Positions 48,717-61,241 are shown, counted from the whole stretch's first letter. The stretch: DNA of 61,241 nt, filler included, from Chiloscyllium plagiosum (GCF_004010195.1; 5 parts of one record of this genome joined end to end with filler, not necessarily neighbours in it); one strand, 5' to 3'. Made by a program: numbers and translations. The notes: generated by a model not told the origin, from the letters alone.

Positions 48717-48970
48717 ATAAAGGTCCCAAGATATTATTGAAAGAACAATGGAGGAGTTCTTCCCTGTGTCCTCGCCTTTATTTACCTCTCAAGCATTATC
48801 ACCAAAGTAGATATTCAGGTCATTATCTCATTGCAGATTGCAGAATTTTGTTTTGAATAAATTTGCAACCAGTTTCCTTATTTTACATAATGACTACAAT
48901 TAAAAAGTACTTCATTGGCTTTCATGTACTTTGAGAACTCCTGTGGTCTATAAAAACAAAAGAAATGTAA
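48717..48970 (+). mobile_element. DeuSINE-like fragment (Deu domain plus tail)
   Basis: ggagttcttccctgtgtcc...ggtcattatctcattgc...tgactacaattaaaaagtacttcattggct matches my recollection of the AmnSINE1/SacSINE1 Deu domain and 3' part. Confidence 0.7.
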
Positions 48971-49761
48971 TCAATTACATGTGTAGAAAACCATTGTGAC
49001 CATATGTAAGGTTAAATTTATTTAAAGAACTGTATGAGGTTTCTGCCTATCTATGTTTAATTCAGCATTTAAAATTGAAGCTGGATAATTTTTGGACAAA
49101 ATCACAATGAACTTTATTGTATAGGACTATACTAGTTATTAAATTCGATGGATAATTTGCTTTATGTCATCTAATTGGCTTCTACTTTATTAATGTAAAT
49201 TAATAAAATTACATAGATTCATTATATTTGAACTGCACACATTTTTAATCACATGCTCTTTACCCTAACATTTTGACCTTTGCCGAATTTGTCCATTGTC
49301 TGTAGAAGTTATGTCAAATGTATTAATGTTCACTGAAGACTAGCCCTCAGGGTTTTGATAATAGTCATATGACCATATAAAAGACAGTTCTGTGCTGACA
49401 AACAGAGCTTTCTTTAGATTGGTCTCTTGTTAATGGTCCTTTGCAAGAATGAATACTCTTTTGTTTCTAACTCTGACAAACTGGCTCATTTAAGAGAATA
49501 CAAAGAGAATAGTTCTTCCTGTCTTCATTCAGTGATCCAATTTTCTCACTAGGTTTATTGCCTGTGAATGAATCATTACTGAACCTGCTTGCAGGTTTTA
49601 TGTTAGTCAACAATTTAGTCTGCATTAAATTATTAAGTTACATCAAATGCTATATCTTTTTGGCACACGAGCTAAACTTTAACACAAAAACATAATCAAA
49701 TTGTTTCATTGGTTTAACTTGATTTGCCTCCATATTCATATAATGTACCTTTCTCTAAATG

Positions 49762-49970
49762 TTGGGTTGGTGAGCTCAGTTGACTGGATGGCTGGTTTAT
49801 GATGCAGAATGACACCGACAGCGTGGATTCAATTCCTGCTTTGGCTGGGGTTACTGTGAAGGACTCCTTCTCAATCTCTCCCATCGCATGAGGCATGTTG
49901 ACCTTCAAGTTAAAACACCACCAGAGAGGGCAGCCCTGTGGTGCAGTAGGATATGGCAACATTATATTCT
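49762..49970 (+). mobile_element. tRNA-derived SINE (third family)
   Basis: A-box gagctcagttgactgga, B-box ggattcaattcc; homologous to 15578-15748. Confidence 0.7.
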
Positions 49971-50334
49971 TTATATTGATTTCTGTGTATGCATTTGGAT
50001 TTCATTCATGCTATTGAAAAGTAAAAGCTGACAGAAGCCTTTCTGTTTTTTTTCTACCTTATTTTGTAACGTATCTCATATAAATGAAAATATGGAGAAC
50101 TAAATCAAGATGCATTTTAAATTTACTGAATCATTTCACATTAGCTTAGGAGTACAGATATTTTGTGCAATTATGTAGCCTCCAATTTAATATGTGCCAT
50201 ACAATTTATTAATTTTATAAATTTGCTTCTAGATATCAATAATCTTTCCTGCTATGTCTCTGCAATTTTATTGGTGAAGGTGTTAGCAAATGAAATGGTA
50301 CTGGCTGTGTTATTGCTCTTTGTATTGGACCTTC

Positions 50335-50442
50335 TATATCCAACTCTGTAACTCTGCCCAACACTTTGCTGCCTCAGTTCATCCACTGTTGAAAACTTCA
50401 TCCAAATCTTTGTTTTTCACTATCGCAAAGCACTCTTGGCCA
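50335..50442 (+). mobile_element. Old L2 RT C-terminal fragment
   Basis: gcctcagttcatccactgttgaaaacttcatccaaatctttgtt...gcactcttggc, a decayed LSSSAAETLIHAFV..ALLA. Confidence 0.5.
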
Positions 50443-50629
50443 GTTAGTAGAGTGATATGTGCTTCTTGTCAGATGTGGGAATTTAAAGAGAGTTTAAGGG
50501 TTACTGCAGATTATATCTGCCATAAACGCTGTTGATTGCGAATCTTATCAGATCGAATGGATCGGTTGGAGAGACAGACAGAAGCGATGAGGAATTTTCA
50601 ACAGCAACAGTATGTGGTGGATGGCAGTT

Positions 50630-50918
50630 ATAGGAAGGGAGGAAAATCTCAGATACAGTCACATAGATGGGTTAACTCCAGGAAAGATGAGAGGTAGGCA
50701 GCGAGTGCAGGAGTCTTTTGTGGATATACCCATTTCAAACAGGTATGCTACTTTGGAAAATGTAGGGGCTGATATAGGAAGGGAGGAAAATCTCAGATAC
50801 AGTCACATAGATGGGTTAACTCCAGGAAAGATAAGAGAGGTAGGCAGCGAGTGCAGGAGTCTTTGTGGATATACCCATTTCAAACAGGTATGCTGTTTTG
50901 GAAAATGTAGGGGCTGAT
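50630..50918. repeat. About 144-bp tandem duplication inside CR1 ORF1
   Basis: ataggaagggaggaaaatctcag...gtaggggctgat occurs at 50630-50773 and 50774-50918. Confidence 0.93.
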
Positions 50919-52583
50919 GAATTCTGAGGGGAACGTAGTATGAACAGCCAAGTTTCTGGTATTGAGACTGGCTCTAATGCAATGAGGGGTATATCGGATT
51001 CCAAGAGATCAATTGTGTTACGGGATTCTCTAAAGTCTCTAAGACATTTCTATGGTCAGCAGTGAAAAATCAGAATAGTATGTTGCTTCCCTGGTGCCAG
51101 GATCAAGGATGTCTCAGAGAGGGTGCAGAATGTTCTCACGTGGGAGAGGGGCCAGCAAGAGGTCATTGTCCACATTGGAATTAACGACATAAGAAGAGAA
51201 AAGGTTGAGATTCTGAAGGGAGATTACAGAGAGTTAGGCAGGAATTTAAAAAGGAGGTCCTCAAGAGTAGTAATATCTGGATTACGCCTGGTGCTACGAG
51301 CTAGTGAGAGAAGGAATAGGAGGATAGAGCAGATGAATGCATGGCTGAGGAGCTGGTGTATGGAAGAAGGATTCGCATTTTTGGATCATTGGAATCTCTT
51401 TTGGGGTAGAAGTGACCTGTGCAAGAAGGACGGTTTGCACCTAAATTGTAAGGGGACTAATATACTGGCAGGGAAATTCGCTAGAGCTGCTTGGGAGGAT
51501 TTAAACTATTACAGTGGAGGGTTGGGACCCAGGGAGATAGTGAGGAAAAAGATCAATCTGAGACTGGTACAGCTGAGAACAGAAGTGAGTCAAACAGTCA
51601 GGGATAAAGCAGAGAACAAGGTAGGACTAATAAATTAAACTGCATTTATTTCAATGCAAGGGGCCTAACAGGGAAGGCAGATGAACTCAGTGCATTGTTT
51701 GGAACATGGGACTGGAATATCATAGCAATTGCAGAAACATGGCTCAGGGATGGGCAGGACTGGCAGCTTAATGCTCCAGGATACAGGATAAAAAGGGAGG
51801 CAAGAGAGGAGGGGGAGTGGAATTTTTGATAAGGGGTAGCAGTACAGCTGTGCTGAGGGAGGATATTCCCAGAAATATATCCAGGGAAGTTATTTGGGTG
51901 GAACTGAGAAATAAGAAAGGGATGATAACCTTTTTGAGATTGTATTATAGACCTCCTAATAGTCAGAGGGAAATTGAGAAACAAACATCTAAGGAGATCA
52001 CAGCTATTTGTAAGAACAATAGGGTGGTTATAATCGGGGATTTTAACTTTCAAACATAGACTGGGACTGCCATAGTGTTAAAGGTTTAGATGGAGAGGAA
52101 TTTCTGAAGTGCGTACAAGATAATTTTCTGATTCAGTATGTGGATGTACCTACTAGAGAAGGTGTAAAGCTTGACCTACTCTTGGGAAATAAGGCAGCGC
52201 AGGTGACTGAGGTGTCAGTGGGGGAGCACTTTGGGGCCAGCGACCATAATTCTATTCGTTTTAAAATAGTGATGGAAAAGGATAGACCAGATCTAAAAGT
52301 TGAAGATCTAAATTGGAGAAAGGCCAATTCTGATGGCATTAGGCAAGAACTTTCGAAAGCTGATTAGGGGCAGATGTTCGCAGGTAAAGGGACGGCTGGA
52401 AAATGGGAAGCCTTCATGAATGAGATAATGAGAATCCAGAGAAAGTATAATACTGTTAGAGTGAAAGAAAGGTTGGTAGGTATAGGGAATGCTGGATGAC
52501 TAAAGAAATTGAGGGTTTGGGTAAGAAAAAGGAGGAAGCATATGTAAGGTATAGACAGGATAGATTGAGTGAATCCTTAGAAG

Positions 52584-52683
52584 NNNNNNNNNNNNNNNNN
52601 NNNNNNNNNNNNNNNNNNNNNNNNNNNTTAATTAATTAANNNNNNNNNNNNNNNNNNNNNNNNNNNNNNNNNNNNNNNNNNNN
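52584..52683. other. Assembly gap: N44-TTAATTAATTAA-N44
   Basis: Seen directly. Confidence 0.99.
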
Positions 52684-54438
52684 AGACAAAGTATTTTCCC
52701 TGGGGTCGGGGAGTCCAGAACTAGAGGGCATAGGTTTAGGGTGAGAGGGGAAAGATATAAAACAGACCTAAGGGGCAACTTTTTCAAACAGAGGGTGGTA
52801 CGTGTATGGAATGAGCTGCAGAGAAGGTGTGGTGGAGGCTGGTACAATTGCAACATTTAAGAGGCATTTGGATGGGTATATGAATAGGAAGGGTTTGAAG
52901 GGATATGGGCCGAGTGCTGGCAGATGGGACTAGATTGGGTTGGGATATCTGGTCGGCATGGATGGGTTGGACCGAAGGGTCTGTTTCCATGCTAGACATC
53001 TCTATGACTCTATGACTCTATGATGGAGTCCAGGTCACTGTTGGTGAAGAGAAATGCCACTTTCCCTTTTTCAACTATGCCTTTAGAATTGTGCCATATA
53101 TTATGGATGGTGGTTGACAGCTTGTACTGTTTCATTTGATACACAGCTGGGAAATAAGTATGCTGTCAGTGGTGTAAATCCCAAAAGGCTCATTGGTGAG
53201 TACTTCCGCTCATGATGAGGTCAAGATATCAATTGATCGAGGCATGATGTGGTCAGTGGAATGAGATAATTCACTGCTGCTCACAGAGAGAAGCATTATA
53301 TGAAATTGCCCGATATTGATAATTATTCCATATTTGTTAAAACTGGACATTCAATTCAATGAATAAAGACTGGACTTGAAAACTAGTCCCAGTAATAGGA
53401 TCCATGAAATGATTATTCATTGTCATGAAAACCTATCCGGTATCACTATCATCATTTCAAGAAATAAATCAGGAAGAGGTTAACTGTTACTGCCCTCTGA
53501 AGTGGCCTGAGCAAGCCAGTTATGGATACAGCAATTATGGATACAGCATCAAATGCTTGCCTTTTCAGTGATTCCTGCATCGACATGAAAAAGAAGAAAC
53601 ATTGTGAGAATTTCAACAACCTATTTCTATGATTCTCACAACAGCAGAAATCATAGGATCAACTAATTTGATTCTTCATCGGTGATAGACTGTGTAAATT
53701 CAACCTGTAATGCTTGCGTTGCAATGTGAAGCACAGAAAAGGTTCTTCTCCAAAGCCAATAAAAAATATTGATCGCACTCTAATAGGAAAGACCCTTCCC
53801 TGCTAAGGCTGTACATGTGTATCAAGAGAATAGCATTTAAATGTCAGAGACAGCCACAGTATTGATTGTTACTGTGATAAATGGATCAGACTTCATACAT
53901 CAATCATTATCACTAACCAGCAGAAATGTCAATTTTCAGATGAATTATCCTCCTTGGATTGACACACGTCAGTGTGTTTTTCAAAATGTCAACATTTCAG
54001 ATTTGCAAGTCTTAGCCCCTCTCAAAAGGTGATTGCAAAGAAACACTGCCCACTGTCAACAAAATACTTGGCTCCTTTTCATTTTTTTTTGATTCAGGAG
54101 GAAAAGTGAGCTGAAATAATCATAAACTGCAGTTTGTGATTGGAAGCCAGTGAACGTGCAACCCTTGACCATAAACATAGAAGAAATATAGGTCAGGAAA
54201 GATGGTTGGAGATTATGAGTGGAAGAATCAATGTCAAATTGCAATTTTCTTATCAGGAGCCTGTTATTTTCAAGGGTGTATGGACAAGAGCAATTACATA
54301 ACAAAGCTCATTTGGAGGTGTTTAAATGCAGCTGATGAATCTTCTCTCGTATCATTTCCATCTTTGGTAAGTTATGATTTGGTAGGTGGAAGTGGCGAGC
54401 AGCCTTCCACCACTGATTAAGCATCTTCTTCATCTCAC

Positions 54439-55090
54439 TGTTATGGATCAGACAAAACACTTTCAAAATATATCAAGGAGATAGCCTCAACCCCAACTTT
54501 AATCTTATTTACAGGCAAGCGGAATGTGTTATGCTCCAGATGTGATTCGATTGGTCACATTAGTAGTCTTTAAGCAAAATACACTTTATTCTTACAGTAC
54601 AGTTAAAATACAAACAAATAATAGAAGAATTAATATAACTTTAACTCTATTAAAATACTTAGTAAATAATAATATATTATTTAACTACTACTCACCAACT
54701 ATTCCAATTTAACAGCATTCCATAAACACAATCTTGGTGAAGGTAAATTCAACAACAGATTTCCCTCATTTGTTATCTCATCCAGTCCAAGAATTAATCT
54801 AGCAGCTGAGAGAGAGTTTAAGCTTTTTGCAGCAGCAGAGAGAGAGAGAGAGAGCTGTATCTAGCAGCTTCAACACCAAAACCCCTACTTCAACAAATGA
54901 AAGCAAATCTAAATCTTTAGGTCCATGTGAGCAAGACTCCACCCACTTATGCTTCTTCTGTCTAAGTTTTTTTTTGAAAAGCGATTTACTCTGCTCCCCA
55001 TGGAGCAGACACCTTGGCGCCAGATTGACAACATTCTCTCTTCAATAGAAATAGGACAGAACAAGCCATTCTTAAAGGCACATATCATTA
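54439..55090 (-). mobile_element. Probable solo LTR
   Basis: Begins TGTTATGG, contains actttattct (reverse AATAAA), and has LTR-like length and composition; the far end is degenerate. Confidence 0.45.
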
Positions 55091-56142
55091 AATCACACTC
55101 TACCAGCTGAGTGAAATAACTCTCACTGTGTTAAGAGTCCTCATTGATAGTAATGAAAGCTTTCCAATAGTTTATTTATTATGAATAGATTGCTGAGAAG
55201 AGTCACAAGTCCCACTATAACCTGGTGATATACATTGGAGTTGCACCAGAGGTTGACAGCTTCCCAATCACAGAGCATATGGCTTAGTACCAAGGGATTG
55301 TGCCAAAATTTTAAAAAAAGCTGGATGGGTATTACACTTCTATACCCATTACTCCAAGTGAATGTAATGATAAGAAATATCGAGCCAGCTAGTGATTCCA
55401 CTGTGTCAGATTGTCATTTCTGACTGCAGTTTTTTTTTATATATGTACATTATACAGAGGCCAGGTTCTGCTGTTCTGCTGGGTAAGGTTATTGATCTCC
55501 AGTATTTTCTGTAAGTCATCCTAGTTTCTGCTTTCACCATAATCTGACTAGTTTCCTTAAAAGTCTACTTTCTTTGGAATTAAATAAATCTGAAATAACT
55601 TTGCCTTGGCTGATGTATAGTTTGTTTTGTACTCATCTGTAAAGGAAATTTATGAAATTTTGTCTGGTATACCACGGATGCTGACTGAAAAGTCTTACTC
55701 TTTTGAGAATTTTATTTGTTCTCATTGAACTAGTTATCAAACTCTGGTAGAACTTCTTCAAAAGTATCAAATTCAAAAGATAAGCCTTTTATGACAGAAA
55801 TTAGGAGGATAGTGTGGTGAGCCTGTGGAATTCTCTGCCATAGGAAACTGGTGAGGTCAAAACAATGAAGACTTTCAAGAAAGATGTAAATTTAATTCTT
55901 AGGACTAAGGGAATGTCATGATATGGGGAGAATTAAAAATTAATTAACCTGGTGAATCAAACAGCATAAGCAGCAAGTAATAAAGAGGGTTCATAAATTC
56001 CACAACCAATGCATCAAATTTAAGCTCTGCAGTCTTGCCACATCCCTGCTAATGCATACAATATTGTCTGTTGTAGAATCAAGCACTACTGACTTGTTTA
56101 CTACAACCAAATCTGTTTTCTATATATTTTTAGCCAACCTGT

Positions 56143-56454
56143 TTAGATTAGATTACTTACAGTGTGGAAACAGGCCCTTCGGCCCAACAAGTCCACACCG
56201 ACCCACCGAAGCGCAACCCACCCATACCCCTACATTTACCCCTTACCTAACACTACGGGCAATTTAGCATGGCCAATTCACCTGACCTGCACATCTTTGG
56301 ACTGTGGGAGGAAACCGGAGCACCCGGATGAAACCCACACAGACACGGGGAGAATGTGCAAACTCCACACAGTCAGTCGCCTGAGTCGGGAATTGAACCC
56401 GGGTCTCTGGCGCTGTGAGGCAGCAGTGCTAACCACTCTGCCACCGTGCCACCC
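56143..56454 (-). mobile_element. HE1-type V-SINE, full length, young
   Basis: Near-identical to 4760-5026 and 40879-41185. Confidence 0.95.
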
Positions 56455-56787
56455 ACAAATCTCTAGAACAGTTGGGATTTGAACCACATCTTTCTGGCTC
56501 TGAGATCAGGACATTATTACTATACCATGAACCATGTTTCTGTGCAGGGTCAAAGAGCCGACCTAATTAGCAGCAGCAGAGCACAAACCGCTATTGGCTT
56601 TTTGTGAAAAATGACACTTGTGTCACCCTGTATGGTGTAGTTCATTGCATAACAGCAATAGATACAATGACATGAATCAGTTAATCTAAATCACAAAGAC
56701 TGCAGGAAGCCATAAATGACTCGTCTGTCTCCATTTGGACATTGTGTTGGACTGCTTCTTCCCACCCAATGACTGTTTGACATCAGC

Positions 56788-56803
56788 ACACCAGGTGGAG
56801 CTA
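56788..56803 (+). promoter_or_regulatory. Possible CTCF motif
   Basis: acaccaggtggagcta compared with consensus CCACCAGGTGGCGCTA. Confidence 0.35.
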
Positions 56804-58946
56804 ACCAAGGCATGAACATTAACTCTTTCAGAAGTGTTACTTTGTACAACAGTAGGAAAGTAATTAGGAAATCCCTAATCTCATCTTGCTGATGGTTGTC
56901 ATTTCATGCCCACTTGCTAGCCAGTGAGTCCTATTGGTTTCAGCCGGGCAACAGGCTGGGAGGATGAGAGATATGTCCTAGACCTTATTCAGCAGAAGGT
57001 AGGTTGGATTGCTGTTCACTTCAGCCTCCATTTGTCTGATTTCCAGTCTGAGTTGAAACTGAGGTTTCAGAACCTGTGAAATCCAGCCCTTCCATTTTGG
57101 AATGATTTTACACACAATCATACTTTATCAGCAGAAGGCTGATGAGAGCTGCTACCAATGATAATTGTTTGCCATTTGTAGTTTGCTGCTTATAGTAAAG
57201 CTGAGTCTGTAGGACACCAAATTTTAAAGTCTCGAGTTTTGAAGTTATCAAAAATATACAATGTATTTGCAATATCTGAACATTTAAAGGAATAAGGACC
57301 CAACTGTTGGTTGGTCTACACCTTAACTCAATTCCTTTGTCTTGACTTCATGTACCTTTATATGCCTTTTCAACAAAAAGCCCATCAGTTTTAATATTAA
57401 TGATCTCACAATTACAAGCTTAAATTTATGCAAAAAAATATATTTTACATGGGTGAACATTTGATTAGATCCAATTTCAACTGTCAGACAAAGGTTATGC
57501 CCATTTGCAAACTTTTTGAGAAAGCTCTGTACCCCATTTTCCTTTAGTCCCATGTAGCTTCAGACAGTATTTTTTTTAAATTGCTTGGACTTGAATCTTA
57601 TTTTTAAGGTGACCTTGGATAGAGTTACAATGGTACGTCAACATTAGATTTTTGATTTGCTTTTTCCAATCGATTTTTGTTGTAACATGAGATTTTCTTT
57701 TTAAAAATGAAGACTTGGCATACTTAAATTGCAACAAAATATGTTGTTGATTTCATTTGACATATTACAATCATTGCAAAAAAAATCATCAACCAAGCCA
57801 CACCAACATGAATCATACTCTGCTCACAAAACAATAGACGATTGATGAACATTCTAGCACAGATAAGCAAGGACAAATGAATTAATAATTTGATGCAGGA
57901 CAATCACCCTTTGAATTCATAAATTTATAAAACTGTGAATAGCAGTAATTTAATAAATTATATTGCAGTGAGCACACAAGACAAGTAAATGATTGGATCT
58001 TTCATTCTGAAGAAGGGTAACTGGAATCTTAACTTCAGAAATGATTATTTTAGTTCTCTCTCTCCAGATGCTTCCAGGTGCCCTGAGTTTCTCCAGCAAT
58101 TTCTACTTCACCTTCGGCTAACTTGTTAGATTTTTCAGTTCATCTCTGGCATCCTTACCTTAAATGCTTGTTCTCATTCTCATGCTTGTTTTGAGCTTCC
58201 CTTTCTCTTTCCTGAAACTTCAGCCATATTTTCACCCTTTCCATCTCTACCAGCCATAATTAGTGTTGGATAATATCTCTTGGCAAGCTACTCCAATCAG
58301 TTTCAAATTCTAATTCCTCTTGTACTTGTTTTGCATATGGACAGAGTTCCAAATGCTTCATCCTGGGTAACACAGGCTCTTTGTCTTGTTGGGTACTTTT
58401 ATTTGTATTCTCCTAATTACAACTCTCAACTGTCCAGTGCTTCATTGATCCTTCCTTAGTTAAGTCTTAACTTTCTGAACACATCTTTGTATTGAAATTT
58501 ACTAGATTGAGGGAAATGTCTGGAGTTGTTTCCTTTTTTAGAAGATTATTTCAAATACTGCAATTTCCCTCTTAGCTTCCAATTGCTTTTAATATCCAAT
58601 TCAGCTCATTTCTAAAACTTGGACTGTGGTGAGATGTGTTCTTCAGAAGTGTCACTGGACCTGAAACGTTAACTTTGGTTTCTCTCCACAAATGCTACCA
58701 GACCTGCTGAGTATTTCAGGCAATTTCTCAATCTGTGCCAGTTTTTGGCTTGTTTGTAGAGAATCAATCCTTTGATATTGATAGATAAGAGAGGTACATT
58801 GAACTATTTAATTTTTCTTTGCCTTTGTTCGCTCTTTCCTTTGTCATCAATCCCTAAGGGATTTTCATATTCTGTTCTTTGACTGCAATGGGAGTTGGAA
58901 TCCATCCTTCTGGAATTTCACAAGCTCTGTCCTTGTAACTGTTAGA

Positions 58947-59204
58947 TACAGTTATCCAAATGAGATGGGCGGGCACTATTTCGGTCAGATAATTGATTAT
59001 TTGGTTAATTGATTCAATACCTTTCCGAGTCTTCTGTCAAGTCCGCCTTCCGTTCAGGAGGCTAGGCAGCAGCACACCGCATATGAGACCCCGCCTGTCC
59101 CCCATGCCCCGTCCAACACCGCCCCCCACCTCCTCCCACCCCAAACCCCGTCCAACACCATCCCCCACACCCAAACCCCGTCAACACCAACCCTGCCCTC
59201 GTAT

Positions 59205-59252
<48 letters not shown>

Positions 59253-59611
59253 TTTTACTGCAATCTTTTGACAGGTTCCACCTTTGCCCTGTACAGGATA
59301 ATGTTGGAGAGATTATCTGGGGAAGTGGGGTTTCGGGTACACGCCTGTGTACGACTCCACGAAAAGTGTGGGGGGAAGAGAGAGAGGGCGGGAGGTGAGT
59401 TGTTTGGAGGTAGTGCCTGGGCTCCCATTGATGTCCAGGACTGTTCTCGGCAGCATTTCAGTAAGCTGAGGTTACTTTTAATCAATGTAAACAAAATACG
59501 CCACTGGAGTTGGAAGCTTTCGATGTAATGTTTCTATCGGGACCTCGAGATCTCCTTCGGATAATCCGATATCCAGATAATTGATATTCTGATAATTGAG
59601 GTTCCTCTGTA
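58947..59611. mobile_element. Tc1/mariner-pogo-type non-autonomous DNA transposon
   Basis: Right end gataattgaggttcctctgTA; left end TAcagttatcc (partly deleted TIR); subterminal gataat repeats; internal ccgtccaacacc repeats and (CA)n. Confidence 0.6.
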
Positions 59612-60476
59612 CTCTGTATTCCTGATACTCCTTTCAAAGTGAATTACCTCACACTTTTCCACATTAAACTCCATTTGCCACCACTCAGCCCAGCTCTGCA
59701 GCTTATCTATGTCACTCTGTAACCTGCAAATGCTTTTCGCACTATCCACAACTCCACTGACCTTAGTGTGATCTGTAAATTTACTAACCCATTCTTCTAT
59801 GCCCTCATCCAGGTCATTTTTAAAATGACAAACAACACTGGCCCCAAAACTGATCCCTGCGGTACACCGTTAGTAACTGAACTCCAAGATTAACATTTCC
59901 CATCAAACACCACCCTCTGTCTTCTTACATCTAGCCAATTTCTGATCCAAACCGCTAAATCGCCCTCAATCCTATGCCTCCATATTTTCTGCAATAGCCT
60001 ACCGTGGGGAACCCTATTACTGAAATCCATATACACAACATCAACTGCTTTACCCTCATTCACCTGTTTAGTCACCTTCTCAAAGAACTCAATAAGGTTT
60101 GTGAGGCATAACCAACCCTTCACAAAACCATGTTGATTATCCCTAAACAACTTATTCCTTTCAAGATGATTGTAAATCCAATAAGGCTCACAGATCTATA
60201 ATTACCAGGGCTATCTCTACTCCCCTTCTTGAACAAGGGGACAACATTTGCCATCCTCCAGTGTACTGGCACTATTCCTGTAGACAATGATGACATAGAG
60301 ATCAAAGCCAAAGGTTCTGCAATCTCCTCCCTAGCTTCCCAGAGAATCCTAGGATAAATCCATCCAGCTCAGGGAACTTATCTATTTTCACACTTTCCAG
60401 AATTACTAACACCTCCTCATTGTGAACATCTACCCTGTCTAGTCTAATAGTCTGAATCTCAGTATTCTCTTCAACA
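59612..60476 (-). mobile_element. CR1 RT fragment
   Basis: WRMANVVPLFKKG, QHGFVKGWLCLTNLIEFFEKVT, and LQSDIDKLQSWAEWWQMEFNVEKC. Confidence 0.93.
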
Positions 60477-61241
60477 CCACACCAGATCCCACACCAGATC
60501 CCAGCTCCCAGCCCTGCCGAGTTTTCACCATCCCTCCAGACCTACCCCTCACTGAGGACGAATGATCAGTCCTCAGCAAAGGACTCACCTTCATTCCCCT
60601 CCGTCCACGCATCAATGAATTTAATACACGCCGTGACGTCGAACACTTCTTCCGTCGCCTCCGCCTCCGAGCTTACTTTCATAATTAGGATTCCCGCCCA
60701 CCTTCCGGGGACCCCTTCGCCCACTTCCAACACACTGCATCCACCTGGACACCCCGGGCTGGCCTATTACCTGCCCTCGACCTCTTCATTTCCAACTGCC
60801 GCCGGGACATTAACCGCCTCAACCTGTCTACCCCACTCCCCCACTCCAACCTCTCACCCACACAGCCCTCCAATCCCTCTGCGCCAATCCCAACCTCACC
60901 ATCAAGCCAGCGGATAAAGGGGGCGCAGTGGTAGTCTGGCGCAGTGACCTCTACATCGCTGAAGCCAAACGCCAACTCGAGGACACCTCTTCCTACCGCC
61001 CCCTTGACCATGACCCCACCCCCCATCACCAAACCATCATCTCCCAGACCATACAGAACCTCATCACCCCAGGAGATCTCCCACCCACAGCTTCCAACCT
61101 CATAGTCCGGGAACCCCGCACTCCCCGGTCCTACCTCCTTCCCAAGATCCACAAGCCTCACCACCCTGGCCGACCCATTGTCTCAGCATGCTCCTGCCCC
61201 ACCGAACTGATCTCTATCTACCTCGACACTGTCCTATCCCC
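60477..61241 (+). mobile_element. PLE family A reverse transcriptase N-terminal region (with stops), continuing beyond the window
   Basis: RVFTIPPDLPLTEDE*SVLSKGLTFIP...IKPADKGGAVVVW...YLLPKIHKPHHPGRPIVSACSCPTE, containing the PLE-diagnostic DKG, LPKIHK and RPIVS motifs. Confidence 0.92.

Larger units (their letters stand above)
50443..53023 (+). mobile_element. Long CR1 LINE: ORF1 (zinc finger/leucine zipper plus SGNH esterase), ORF2 endonuclease, gap, 3' tail
   Basis: CASCQMWE...DYICHKRC; CFPGARIKDV, VHIGINDI and DGLHLN (esterase); YFNARGL, IAETWL, YRPPNS, GDFNF and SDHN (AP endonuclease); tail (ctctatga)n. Joining across the gap is assumed. Confidence 0.92.

Noticed and set aside
51123..51638. 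Stand-alone SGNH esterase gene
   Set aside because: It is the known esterase domain of CR1 ORF1, directly followed by the ORF2 endonuclease.

Overview
This is repeat-dominated vertebrate DNA, almost certainly from a shark. The basis is abundant HE1-type V-SINEs, HER1/CR1-type LINEs, DeuSINE remnants and an elasmobranch-type 5S gene; a carpet/bamboo-shark origin is only a guess. I found no host protein-coding exon I can recognise, so the window looks intronic or intergenic. It contains many CR1 and L2 LINE fragments, about 12 V-SINE copies, other tRNA-derived SINEs, at least four families of Penelope-like elements (PLEs), a decayed retrovirus-like gag/RT remnant (about 1.3-2.6 kb), a decayed Gypsy pol (about 29.8-31.1 kb), an L1 5' end, pogo/Tigger-like MITEs, and a 5S rDNA unit with spacer DNA and a 10-nt deletion. 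Four 100-nt assembly gaps carry an artificial TTAATTAATTAA linker. The most notable pattern is a set of non-coding fold-back PLE-derived insertions (0.15-1.2 kb), most flanked by 11-14 bp target-site duplications (TSDs). They carry minimal hammerhead-ribozyme cores with palindromic stem III. A separate 14-bp duplication encloses only fold-back copies of its own target. Repeat boundaries are approximate unless a TSD is given, and family names come from motif recognition, not database searches.
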